DNA from: SAR116 cluster bacterium AG-337-N21
GTDB taxonomy: Bacteria > Pseudomonadota > Alphaproteobacteria > Puniceispirillales > Marisalimonadaceae
Assembly: GCA_003282145.1 (NCBI GenBank)
Contig: QBZZ01000003.1
Coordinates: 23,995-87,994 of the forward strand
Length of the DNA stretch: 64,000 nucleotides
Direction of reading: 5' to 3'
The position numbers were made by a program, and so were the translations under genes. The notes beneath the pieces are model-generated. The model was not told the origin of the DNA and did not search any database. It was given only the letters and a program-made list of their open reading frames with translations. Positions 41,434-50,528 of the stretch are shown piece by piece (positions within the stretch are counted from its first letter, which is position 1; each line of letters opens with the position of its first letter).

Positions 41434-43440
41434 ATGCCATATTCTCTTATAACAGTTTTTCTTGGTCTTCTTGGCTTATTGTCTGCATACGCAGTATATC
41501 TAAAAGTTAAGTCCTCTCATGAAGGTGAGGGCCGTGTTAAAGAAATTGGTGATGAGATTCACCTAGGTGCTATGGTATTCATGTCAGCAGAATATAAAAG
41601 ATTAGCTATTTTTTGTCTTGTATGTATTGCGGCTCTTTACTTTTCATTAGGTTGGCAAACTGCTGCCTCTTTCTTACTTGGTGCATTATGTTCTGGTATT
41701 GCAGGATTTATTGGTATGTACGCTGCAACAAAAGCAAATGTAAGAACTGCTGTAGCAGCAAAAGAAAAAGGAGCTGCTGAAGCTTTAAATATTGCCTTTT
41801 TTGGAGGGTCAGTTATGGGCCTAACAGTCGCTGCGATGGGGTTGTTTGGGATTGGTATATTATTTTATTATTTTGCAGGAAACTATGAAACCATTCATGC
41901 AATTGAAGGTTTTGCAATGGGGGCATCCTCAGTTGCTTTATTTTCAAGAGTTGGAGGAGGTATTTTTACAAAAAGTGCAGACGTTGGAGCTGACTTAGTC
42001 GGGAAAGTTGAAGCAGGTATCCCAGAAGATGATCCTAGAAATCCTGCAGTAATTGCAGATAATGTTGGAGACAACGTTGGTGACGTAGCTGGTATGGGAT
42101 CGGATATTTTTGAATCATATTGTGGATCAATGATTGCTTGTATTGCGCTAGCGGCTTCGATGTCAAGTATTACAATAACAAATCTTGGTGGAAGTCAATC
42201 TATGCTGCAATTCATGCCTTTAGCTTTAGCTTCGTTAGGTTTGATATGTTCCTTATTAGGAATAATTACTGTGAAGATTTTCTCTTCTAAAAGCCCAGAA
42301 ACTGCCCTGAGATATGGCACGATTGGATCTGCAGTTATATTTGTCATAACATCATATTTTTTGATTAATTTTATGGGTGTTTCACAAGGTGTTTGGATAG
42401 CAGTATTAGTGGGGTCTGTAGGTGGAATTGTTGTTGGGTTAGTAACTGAATATTATACTGGAGGTAGTCCAGTTAGAAAAATAGCTAAAGATGGTGAAAC
42501 TGGTTCCGCTACAGTTATGATTTCCGGTCTTGCTACTGGTATGCAATCAGTTGCTATTCCGGTTTTAACAATAGTAGTTATTATTTTCATATCCAATATT
42601 TATGCAGGTTTGTATGGTGTAGGTATCGCTGCTGTTGGTATGTTGAGCACAGTTGGTATTACAATGGCCATTGACGCTTATGGTCCAGTTGCTGATAATG
42701 CAGGTGGTATTGCTGAGATGTCTGAAATGGGTAAACAAACTAGAGAAATAACTGATTCTCTAGACGAAGTTGGAAATACTACAGCAGCTATTGGTAAAGG
42801 ATTTGCAATAAGCGCTGCAGCATTAGCTGCATTAGCATTAATAAGTGCTTATATTGAAAAAATTTCAAGTAATGACGCAAGTTTTGTATTGGCTATTAAT
42901 GACCCATTAGTTTTATGTGGGATGTTTTTAGGTGGTATTTTTCCTTTTCTAGTTAGTTCAATGACAATGACAGCCGTTGGTGACGCAGCTTTTGACATGA
43001 TTAAAGAAGTTAGAAGGCAATTTAAAGAAATACCTGGATTATTAGAAGGTAAAGCAAAGCCTGATACAGCAAGGTGTGTTGATATAGCAACGAGAGCTGC
43101 ATTAAGAAAAATGATAGGACCTGGAACTCTTGCAGTTTTATCACCTGTTATTATTGGCTTTTTATTAGGTCCAAAAGCCTTAGGTGGTATGTTAGGTGGT
43201 GCACTTATATGTTGCGTTATGATGGCCTTGATGATGTCTAACGCAGGAGGTGCTTGGGATAATGCAAAGAAATTTGTAGAAAAAGGCAACCTTGGTGGGA
43301 AAGGGTCTGATGTTCATAAAGCAGCAGTAGTAGGTGATACAGTTGGTGATCCTTTAAAAGACACATCGGGTCCGTCAATGAATATTTTGATTAATGTTAT
43401 GGCCATAGTAAGTTTAGTTATTGCACCTCTTTTAATTTGA
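41434..43440 (+). CDS. hppA: Membrane ion-translocating pyrophosphatase, K+-dependent (likely Na+-pumping) type
   Basis: [50 protein letters not shown]. Confidence 0.95.
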   Translation: MPYSLITVFLGLLGLLSAYAVYLKVKSSHEGEGRVKEIGDEIHLGAMVFMSAEYKRLAIFCLVCIAALYFSLGWQTAASFLLGALCSGIAGFIGMYAATKANVRTAVAAKEKGAAEALNIAFFGGSVMGLTVAAMGLFGIGILFYYFAGNYETIHAIEGFAMGASSVALFSRVGGGIFTKSADVGADLVGKVEAGIPEDDPRNPAVIADNVGDNVGDVAGMGSDIFESYCGSMIACIALAASMSSITITNLGGSQSMLQFMPLALASLGLICSLLGIITVKIFSSKSPETALRYGTIGSAVIFVITSYFLINFMGVSQGVWIAVLVGSVGGIVVGLVTEYYTGGSPVRKIAKDGETGSATVMISGLATGMQSVAIPVLTIVVIIFISNIYAGLYGVGIAAVGMLSTVGITMAIDAYGPVADNAGGIAEMSEMGKQTREITDSLDEVGNTTAAIGKGFAISAAALAALALISAYIEKISSNDASFVLAINDPLVLCGMFLGGIFPFLVSSMTMTAVGDAAFDMIKEVRRQFKEIPGLLEGKAKPDTARCVDIATRAALRKMIGPGTLAVLSPVIIGFLLGPKALGGMLGGALICCVMMALMMSNAGGAWDNAKKFVEKGNLGGKGSDVHKAAVVGDTVGDPLKDTSGPSMNILINVMAIVSLVIAPLLI

Positions 43441-43473
43441 TATTTAATTTTGGACAAATCGATTTAAACTGCG

Positions 43474-44346
43474 TTATTTATTAAAAATTGTTATAGCTGA
43501 AAAATCTAACGAGCCTTTGTTGTTATTAACCATTTTCTTGAAGTTCTCTTGGGCTTTAGTTCCAAAAGGTGCTGATGTTTTGGTATTTTCTATGGCTTTT
43601 AGAGCTATACTGAGATCTTTAAGCATCAAATCCACAGAAAACCCAGGTTGGAAATCATTATCTGCAGGACTTTTGGGACCAACGCCCTTAATAGGACAGT
43701 AACTATTAACAGCCCAACATGAACCAGTTGAAGTTGACAAAATTTCAAATAACTTTTCTGGGTCTAAACCTAAATTATTTCCTAGATTGAAAGCTTCACC
43801 TACTCCTATCATAGTAGTTGCTAGTAACATATTATTACAAGCCTTTGTAGCTTGACCTGAACCTGATGACCCACATAGTAACGATTTTTTGCCCATCACT
43901 TCAAATAAAGGTAACATTAAATTATAAGCATTGGTCTTACCTCCTACCATAAATGTGAGTGAACCATCTGCTGCCCCCCCAACTCCTCCAGAGACTGGAG
44001 CGTCAAGAGAAAACAGTTTTCTAACCTCACACTTTTTATGAAGGTCTTTAGCTTTGTCCACGTCGATTGTTGAACAGTCGACAAATAGAGTGCCTGGTTT
44101 AAAACTATCAATAATACTTTCATACACTTTTTCCACAATGTTTCCATTGGGAAGCATTGTAATTATTATATCAACATCAGTTGGGATATTGTTTAAATTG
44201 GAAGCTTTTTGAAGTCCTTTAATTAAAAGCTGATCTATAAATTCTTCTTTAATATCATAACCTATAACTTCATAATTAGCCTTTAAAAGGTTGGTGACCA
44301 TTTTGGCTCCCATATTACCTAAGCCGATAAAACCAATTTTTTTCAT
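43474..44346 (-). CDS. mmsB: 3-hydroxyisobutyrate dehydrogenase
   Basis: GLGNMG, DCSTID, DAPVSGG, KACNNMLL, CWAVNSYCP, GF...LMLKDL. Confidence 0.9.
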   Translation of the reverse strand: MKKIGFIGLGNMGAKMVTNLLKANYEVIGYDIKEEFIDQLLIKGLQKASNLNNIPTDVDIIITMLPNGNIVEKVYESIIDSFKPGTLFVDCSTIDVDKAKDLHKKCEVRKLFSLDAPVSGGVGGAADGSLTFMVGGKTNAYNLMLPLFEVMGKKSLLCGSSGSGQATKACNNMLLATTMIGVGEAFNLGNNLGLDPEKLFEILSTSTGSCWAVNSYCPIKGVGPKSPADNDFQPGFSVDLMLKDLSIALKAIENTKTSAPFGTKAQENFKKMVNNNKGSLDFSAITIFNK

Positions 44347-45515
44347 TACAATTCTCCCTTATTTAAATTTTTTATAACATATCTAGATAGAGGTATGGTT
44401 TGTGTCTTAATTAATCGCTGAGAGGTTAAAATATTCAGTTTCAATTGTAAATCGTGCTTCAAACTTAATAAATAAGGGTACCATTCTCTTGATAGTTCAC
44501 TTTTCCATTTCCATAAAAGAAAATCCAGTGCTTCGATATGACTGACATTAATATCAAATGTTTGTCGTAAGGATTTAGAACCAAAATCTGGTTTTAAAAA
44601 AAATTGTTTTATCTTGTAAAAGACTTTTGGAACACAATTAGCTTCTAGTATTTTTTTCCATTCCTTAGTTAGAGGTTTATTATTAAAATTACTAGCAACT
44701 ATGTCCAAAATCAATAAGTCTGTTTTAATTAAACCAGTAGGGTTAATCATAATATTACTCATTTTTTTTCTTCCAATGAAAGGGCCAATAAAAAAACGTC
44801 TAGGACAGTAATCATTTGCATAAAAATTATCCCAAAAAATTACTTCATTATTTAAAGTTTTTTGTATGTTTAAATAGTTTGTTAAAGTTTTTGAAACAAT
44901 ATTTTTACCACAGTAAAATACCTTAATTTTCGGATCTAAGACAAAACTTAGATCTTTTAAATAATAAGGGGCGTCATCAATCAATTCGTCTGCATATATT
45001 CTAGGCACGAAGAAAATATTTTTACCTAAATATTTAGAAAGCATATTTGCTAGAACACCGTGTGTAGTTCCTTCTGAAACTTTATTCCCAAATTTTTCTA
45101 GAAAATTTTCTGGAATATCATCCAATAATAAGGCTATTGATGTTGCCCCGTCATTCAGTAATTGTTTAGCTTTATTATAGAGTAAAACAAAATCTAGATT
45201 TTCATTTTTGGGCGTTTTATCATTAAAATTTTTAAAATCAAAATCTAGTCCTGGTGCTATTCCTGCTATTACATTTATTTTGTTAGTGTTACTAAAGTTT
45301 GTAAATTCTCGAAAACGTTTTCGCCAATTTGAATTATATTTTTCTCTCCAATTTAATCTATGTTTTTTATCTTCTTTAGGAGCATAAAAATAGGTATTCA
45401 TGTTGTTTTTTTTAAGCGAATTAACTATGAGCTTTCTATTATCCCAACTTAATAGCTTGCCATAATACCCTTCTATGTAGCCTCTTATGTCATTTTTATC
45501 ATTATTTTTTTTCAT
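44346..45515 (-). CDS. GH84 beta-N-acetylglucosaminidase (O-GlcNAcase/hyaluronidase catalytic domain)
   Basis: GYIEGYYG, YFYAPKED..HR..WR..Y, GIAPG, catalytic LLLDDI, P..Y, FWDNFYANDY, INP: the GH84 motif series in order. No signal peptide. Confidence 0.9.
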   Translation of the reverse strand: MKKNNDKNDIRGYIEGYYGKLLSWDNRKLIVNSLKKNNMNTYFYAPKEDKKHRLNWREKYNSNWRKRFREFTNFSNTNKINVIAGIAPGLDFDFKNFNDKTPKNENLDFVLLYNKAKQLLNDGATSIALLLDDIPENFLEKFGNKVSEGTTHGVLANMLSKYLGKNIFFVPRIYADELIDDAPYYLKDLSFVLDPKIKVFYCGKNIVSKTLTNYLNIQKTLNNEVIFWDNFYANDYCPRRFFIGPFIGRKKMSNIMINPTGLIKTDLLILDIVASNFNNKPLTKEWKKILEANCVPKVFYKIKQFFLKPDFGSKSLRQTFDINVSHIEALDFLLWKWKSELSREWYPYLLSLKHDLQLKLNILTSQRLIKTQTIPLSRYVIKNLNKGEL

Positions 45516-45571
45516 TTGATATCTTTAGCTATTTTGCAATATCATAATATCTAAATTAGGAGAAAAATATA

Positions 45572-46261
45572 ATGAAAATTTTAGCCATTGGTGCTCATCC
45601 TGACGATATTGAAATTTTTATGTATGGTTTAGTGTCTATTTTAAAAAAAAAGGGTAACCAAGTTTTCACAATGATTGCTACAGATGGGGCGAAAGGAGGC
45701 TCTTTTGCAGATGATTTGTTAATTAAGAAAAGAGAGGAAGAAGCCATCGCAGGGTTAAAAAATTTGTCTATACCTATTTTTTTAAATATCCCAGATAGTG
45801 AGTTAGGTGATGATCCTGTTCATAAAAAAATTATTAAAGAAAATATATTTACTATCATGCCAGACTTAATTATTACTCATTCGCAACAGGATTATCACGC
45901 GGATCATCGTGCATTATCAGTTTTAACAAGCAACTCTGTTAGTCATTACATACCTATTTTATACTGTGATACCTTGATGGGAGTGAATTTTCAGCCTAAT
46001 TATTACATTGATATAACAAATCATTTTGAAATGAAAAAAGAAGCGGTCCTCAAGCATAATACCCAAAAGCCTCAGAGGTTTGTTGAATTATTTAAATTAA
46101 TGAATACTTATAGAGCAGCTCAATGTAATGCCCCAAAAGGAATATTCGCAGAAGCATACAGTTTTACTCCATGCTTTCCTTTTTCAGACATTAGAGAGAT
46201 TTTACCTCCATCTCCCAAATTAAGACCTTTTCATATTGATAATCAGAACGGATTTTTATAA
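45572..46261 (+). CDS. PIG-L/LmbE-family N-acetyl-sugar deacetylase
   Basis: AHPDDIE, TDG, REEEA, DYHADH Zn-binding motifs. RBS AGGAG. Confidence 0.9.
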   Translation: MKILAIGAHPDDIEIFMYGLVSILKKKGNQVFTMIATDGAKGGSFADDLLIKKREEEAIAGLKNLSIPIFLNIPDSELGDDPVHKKIIKENIFTIMPDLIITHSQQDYHADHRALSVLTSNSVSHYIPILYCDTLMGVNFQPNYYIDITNHFEMKKEAVLKHNTQKPQRFVELFKLMNTYRAAQCNAPKGIFAEAYSFTPCFPFSDIREILPPSPKLRPFHIDNQNGFL

Positions 46262-47347
46262 ATAACTATAAAAGGTACCTCCTGATAAAGGTTCTGAAAC
46301 ACCAGTTGTAGAAGGAAAAGTGATTGGAAGTTTGTAAATAGATCTTGCGGCTAAGTAAGCTATTAACTCAGCTTCAATATAATCAAAATTAATACCTAAT
46401 TGTTCTTCATTCAAAAATTCTATTTTTAATTTATCTTTTAATCGTTTTATTAAGTGGTTGTTTCTATATCCACCGCCAGCAATTACAATATTATTAACAG
46501 TTTTAGGTAAAAAAGGTAAACTAGATACAATAGACTCAACAGTTAACTCTAACAAAGTAGCCATCATATCGGAGTCTGAATATTTTTTTTTAAGTAACTC
46601 ATTATAGAATTCTTTAAATGAATGTTTGTCGAGAGATTTTGGAGGAGTTTTTTTAAAAAAGTCTTGACGTAAAAAACTTTCTATTATTTTTTGGTCAGGT
46701 GTTCCTTTTGATGCTAAAATACCATTTTTGTCAAAACTCTTATTAGATATTTGTGATATATAACTGTCCATTAATGCGTTTCCTGGCCCAGTATCGAAAC
46801 CAACTAATTTATCACCATCCCAATATGTTATATTAGCAACGCCTCCAATATTTAATATGCAAGTAGGCTTTTCTAAATTACTACTTTCAATTATATATTT
46901 GTGATATATGGGAGCTAATGGCGCTCCCTGCCCTCCCATTAAAATATCATTAGATCTAAAATCAAAAATTACATTTTTATCCAGTAGCTTAGCAAGCTTT
47001 TGAGGATTACCCAATTGTATAGAAACCTTATTCTTAGGGTTGTGATAAATAGTTTGACCATGAAAACCTATAAGATCTGCTTCTTCGAGTATATCTAAAT
47101 TATTTAAAGCAGTATAATATTCATTGGTTATCACTTCGTCTAAAAACTTTTTTGTTTCTTGATTAATTTCTAAACTTTCATTGAAGATGTTTAATAAGAT
47201 TTCCTTTGTTTCATCTTGATAATTAAAGAAATAGTTTTTATTCAATCTTTTTAGGCAAACTCCATTAGTTCTAACTAGACTTACATCTATTCCGTCCATA
47301 CTGGTTCCTGACATTAAACCAATAATATTCTTATAAAGATATCGCAA
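46256..47347 (-). CDS. anmK: Anhydro-N-acetylmuramic acid kinase
   Basis: IGLMSGTSMDGID, GFHGQT, DFRSND..GGQGAPLAP, NIGGVAN, DTGPGN, PPKSLD. Confidence 0.96.
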   Translation of the reverse strand: MRYLYKNIIGLMSGTSMDGIDVSLVRTNGVCLKRLNKNYFFNYQDETKEILLNIFNESLEINQETKKFLDEVITNEYYTALNNLDILEEADLIGFHGQTIYHNPKNKVSIQLGNPQKLAKLLDKNVIFDFRSNDILMGGQGAPLAPIYHKYIIESSNLEKPTCILNIGGVANITYWDGDKLVGFDTGPGNALMDSYISQISNKSFDKNGILASKGTPDQKIIESFLRQDFFKKTPPKSLDKHSFKEFYNELLKKKYSDSDMMATLLELTVESIVSSLPFLPKTVNNIVIAGGGYRNNHLIKRLKDKLKIEFLNEEQLGINFDYIEAELIAYLAARSIYKLPITFPSTTGVSEPLSGGTFYSYL

Positions 47348-47397
47348 AAATTAAGAATTACCTTTTTAATTTAAAAAAAAACATTTAAATAATAATA

Positions 47398-48150
47398 ATG
47401 AATAATACACCAAAAACTGAGCTTTTATACAAAAAAAGTAAGCCTATTGATCATTTAAATGTGATGGATGGTATTAAATTATTTATACATGAACAAAGAG
47501 AAGCTTCCACAGCGGTAAAAAAAGCAACAAAATCAATTTCACGTGCAATAAACAAAATTTATAAACATCTAACTTTATATAAGAATGGCAGGCTAATTTA
47601 TGTCGGAGCAGGTACTTCTGGTAGATTAGGCATACAAGACGGAGTTGAATTATATCCAACCTTTAATTGGCCAAAAGAACGAATGGATTTTATTATCGCT
47701 GGAGGAACAGATGCCATTTTAAGTGCTATAGAAAATTCAGAGGATAACATCTTAATGGCTAAAAAAGTTGTTTTAGAAAAGGCTATTAGTTACCAAGATG
47801 TTGTAATTGGCCTTGCTGCAAGCGGAAATACACCTTTTACGTGTGAGGTGATGAAGGAGGCAAAGGAAAAAAATGCTTTAACTATATCAATTAGTAATAA
47901 CCCAAAAGGTGATTTATTAAATTTTGGCAATGTTTCTATAATACTTGACACAGAAGAAGAAGTTATTGCTGGATCAACAAGATTGAAAGCAGGAACAGCT
48001 CAAAAAATTTGTTTAAATATACTCTCCTCAATGGTGATGATGAAAATGGGTAAAGTTAAAAATGGATATATGACTAGCATGGTTGCTACAAACAATAAAC
48101 TAAGAAAACGAAAATTGTTAATAGATAGAAACTTTGTGGAAAGAAAATAA
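47398..48150 (+). CDS. murQ: N-acetylmuramic acid 6-phosphate etherase (C-terminally short)
   Basis: GAGTSGRLG..D..E, IAGG, AIENSED, AASGNTP, GSTRLKAGTAQK, N.KL..R. Confidence 0.93.
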   Translation: MNNTPKTELLYKKSKPIDHLNVMDGIKLFIHEQREASTAVKKATKSISRAINKIYKHLTLYKNGRLIYVGAGTSGRLGIQDGVELYPTFNWPKERMDFIIAGGTDAILSAIENSEDNILMAKKVVLEKAISYQDVVIGLAASGNTPFTCEVMKEAKEKNALTISISNNPKGDLLNFGNVSIILDTEEEVIAGSTRLKAGTAQKICLNILSSMVMMKMGKVKNGYMTSMVATNNKLRKRKLLIDRNFVERK

Positions 48151-48202
48151 ATCAACTATTAACAAAATTATAAACTTAGACGTTTTTGACTTTTATCATT
48201 TT

Positions 48203-49210
48203 TTACATATAGTAATTTTTATACCAATCTACAAATATTTTTACACCTACATTAATTGGTGTATTGGGCGTATAACCAGTAAGTTTTTTTAGTATTTTTG
48301 TATCTGACCAAGTTAATGTCACATCTCCAGCTTGTATTGGCATCATATTATAAATAATTTTTTTTCCTGTTGCAGTTTCTATTTCTCTAATAAAATTTAT
48401 TAATTTGATTGGCTTTGAGTTTCCTATATTTACGACCCTATAAGGAGCTACAGGAGAAATACTATCATTTTCAAATGAATCAATACTTTCCAATTCTGAA
48501 GGCATTTTATTAATAAGTAAATATACTGCTTGAACAAGATCATTAATATAAGTGAAATCGCGCTCCATTTGGCCATAATTGTAAACATTTATTGGCTCGT
48601 TTTTCAGAATGGCTCTTGTAAACTTAAAAATAGCCATATCAGGTCTTCCATAAGGTCCATATACTGTAAAAAAACGAAAAATTGTTATTGGTAATTTAAA
48701 AAGATGTGAATAAGAATGAGCCATATTTTCAGTAGACATTTTTGTGGCTGCATAAAAAGACATTTGATGGTTTACACGATCTGTCTCATTAAACGGCATT
48801 TTATCGTTTGCGCCATAAATGGATGATGTGGATGCTATAAGTATGTGCTTTGGTGGATAATGCCGTGCTGCTTCAAGCACTTCAAAAGAACCTAAAATAT
48901 TACTAGTTAAATATGATTTTGGATTGTCAATTGAGTATCGCACTCCTGCCTGTGCTGCAAGATGTATAATGATATCAGGCTTTTCTTTTTCAAGAACACT
49001 TATCATCAAACCTTTTTTTTCTATTTTTGATTTGATAAAACAATAATTTGTAAATTTTTTAAGCATAGAATTACGTTGATACTTAAGCTTAACGTCATAA
49101 TATAAAGAAAAACTATCTATTCCAACAACACGCCATCCCATTTTTAAAAGTTTTTGTGATACAAAAAAACCTATAAACCCAGCGGATCCCGTTACAAGTG
49201 CAGTTTTCAT
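48203..49210 (-). CDS. NAD-dependent epimerase, UDP-glucuronate 4-epimerase type
   Basis: TGSAGFIG, HLAAQAGVRYS, YAATK, FFTVYGPYGRPDMA. Confidence 0.9.
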   Translation of the reverse strand: MKTALVTGSAGFIGFFVSQKLLKMGWRVVGIDSFSLYYDVKLKYQRNSMLKKFTNYCFIKSKIEKKGLMISVLEKEKPDIIIHLAAQAGVRYSIDNPKSYLTSNILGSFEVLEAARHYPPKHILIASTSSIYGANDKMPFNETDRVNHQMSFYAATKMSTENMAHSYSHLFKLPITIFRFFTVYGPYGRPDMAIFKFTRAILKNEPINVYNYGQMERDFTYINDLVQAVYLLINKMPSELESIDSFENDSISPVAPYRVVNIGNSKPIKLINFIREIETATGKKIIYNMMPIQAGDVTLTWSDTKILKKLTGYTPNTPINVGVKIFVDWYKNYYM

Positions 49211-49336
49211 TTTAATACCCTAGAATATTAATAAAATTTTGCAATTTTGATTATTAAGTGAACATAAATAAATTTTAATTATGATATAACTTAAATTCAT
49301 TTCATAATAATGTACAAACAAATTTTATCTTTAAGC

Positions 49337-49365
49337 TTGAGCTAATAAAATACTAACGCTATATA
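49337..49365 (+). promoter_or_regulatory. Putative sigma70 promoter for the wecA-like gene
   Basis: TTGAGC-N17-TATATA (GCTATATAAT), about 33 nt upstream of the ATG. Confidence 0.35.
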
Positions 49366-49398
49366 ATATTTCTATGAATTATTATATAGTATTAAATT

Positions 49399-50463
49399 AT
49401 GACACTACCTACATCTGATTTTATCTTATCTTTTTTAATTTCCGTAATAATTAGTTTTCTCATTTTTAAATTTTTAAATAAGAAATTGCAAAAGTACATA
49501 AATGTTCCCTTTGGCCCTCAAGTGGTGCATGAGGGTAATATATTAAGGTTAGGTGGTTTATCTTTATTCCTGACTTTTATTTTTTTGGCATTAAAAAGCA
49601 CATCTAATGATAACAATTTATTTTTATGGTATTTTGTCATTTCTACCCCTGTTTTTTTATTTGGTATTTTTGAAGATTTTACCCAATCTATTAGCCCAAA
49701 GATAAGATTACTTGGTGCATCCATAAGTGCATTACTGTGTATTCTAATATATAAAATATCAGTAACTAGTGTAGGGATTAACTCAATTGATTTAATTTTA
49801 GGAAATAAATTTATTTCTTTTATTTTTACTATGATATGTATAGTTTTCATCGTAAATGCTTTTAATATTATTGACGGATTAAATGGATTGAGTTTGCTAT
49901 CTGCTATCTTATGTTTAACAACAATTGGTGTAATAGCTTATGATGTAAATGATTTGGAAATTTTTTGTATGTCATTTCTATTAATCTCCTCATTATTGGG
50001 TATTTTGTTATTTAATTTTCCATTAGGTTTTTTATTTATAGGTGACTCGGGTGCGTATATTATTGGATTACTTGTCTCTACCTTGGTTATAATTTTAGTT
50101 GAAAGATACTCAACATTGTCTCCATTTCTAGCAGCGTCAATTCTTATATATCCATCTTATGAATTACTTAGGACATTTGTTAGGCGTCTCATTAGTAGAA
50201 AAAATATATTACGACCTGATAATGAACATCTTCACAGTATCATTTTTAGATACAATTCTATAAGGTATTTATTAAAACCATTAAAAGTCAATATTCTTAG
50301 CTCTGTTGAGATTATAATTTTTCAAACTATATATTTCATTTTTTTAATGAATTATTACGTTAATGAAAAATTTATAATTATTGGAATTATTGCTTTTATA
50401 ACTATTTACGAATTAATTTATTACTCAGCTTATAAGGTTGTTATTAAAAAAGAATTGCAATAA
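49399..50463 (+). CDS. Undecaprenyl-phosphate GlcNAc-1-phosphate transferase (WecA/MraY-like)
   Basis: RLGGL, GIFED, NAFNIIDGLNGL, FIGDSGAY, PDNEHLH; multi-TM. Confidence 0.87.
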   Translation: MTLPTSDFILSFLISVIISFLIFKFLNKKLQKYINVPFGPQVVHEGNILRLGGLSLFLTFIFLALKSTSNDNNLFLWYFVISTPVFLFGIFEDFTQSISPKIRLLGASISALLCILIYKISVTSVGINSIDLILGNKFISFIFTMICIVFIVNAFNIIDGLNGLSLLSAILCLTTIGVIAYDVNDLEIFCMSFLLISSLLGILLFNFPLGFLFIGDSGAYIIGLLVSTLVIILVERYSTLSPFLAASILIYPSYELLRTFVRRLISRKNILRPDNEHLHSIIFRYNSIRYLLKPLKVNILSSVEIIIFQTIYFIFLMNYYVNEKFIIIGIIAFITIYELIYYSAYKVVIKKELQ

Positions 50464-50528
50464 TTAGAAAATGTTAATATTGATATTAAGAGGTAAGTTC
50501 AAAATATTGAAGTTTTATTATTAAAAAA

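Noticed and set aside
46256-46261. Palindromic TTATAA shared by the convergent PIG-L and anmK stops (similar TTAA at 14197-14200)
   Set aside because: Expected in compact AT-rich genomes; no evidence of function.
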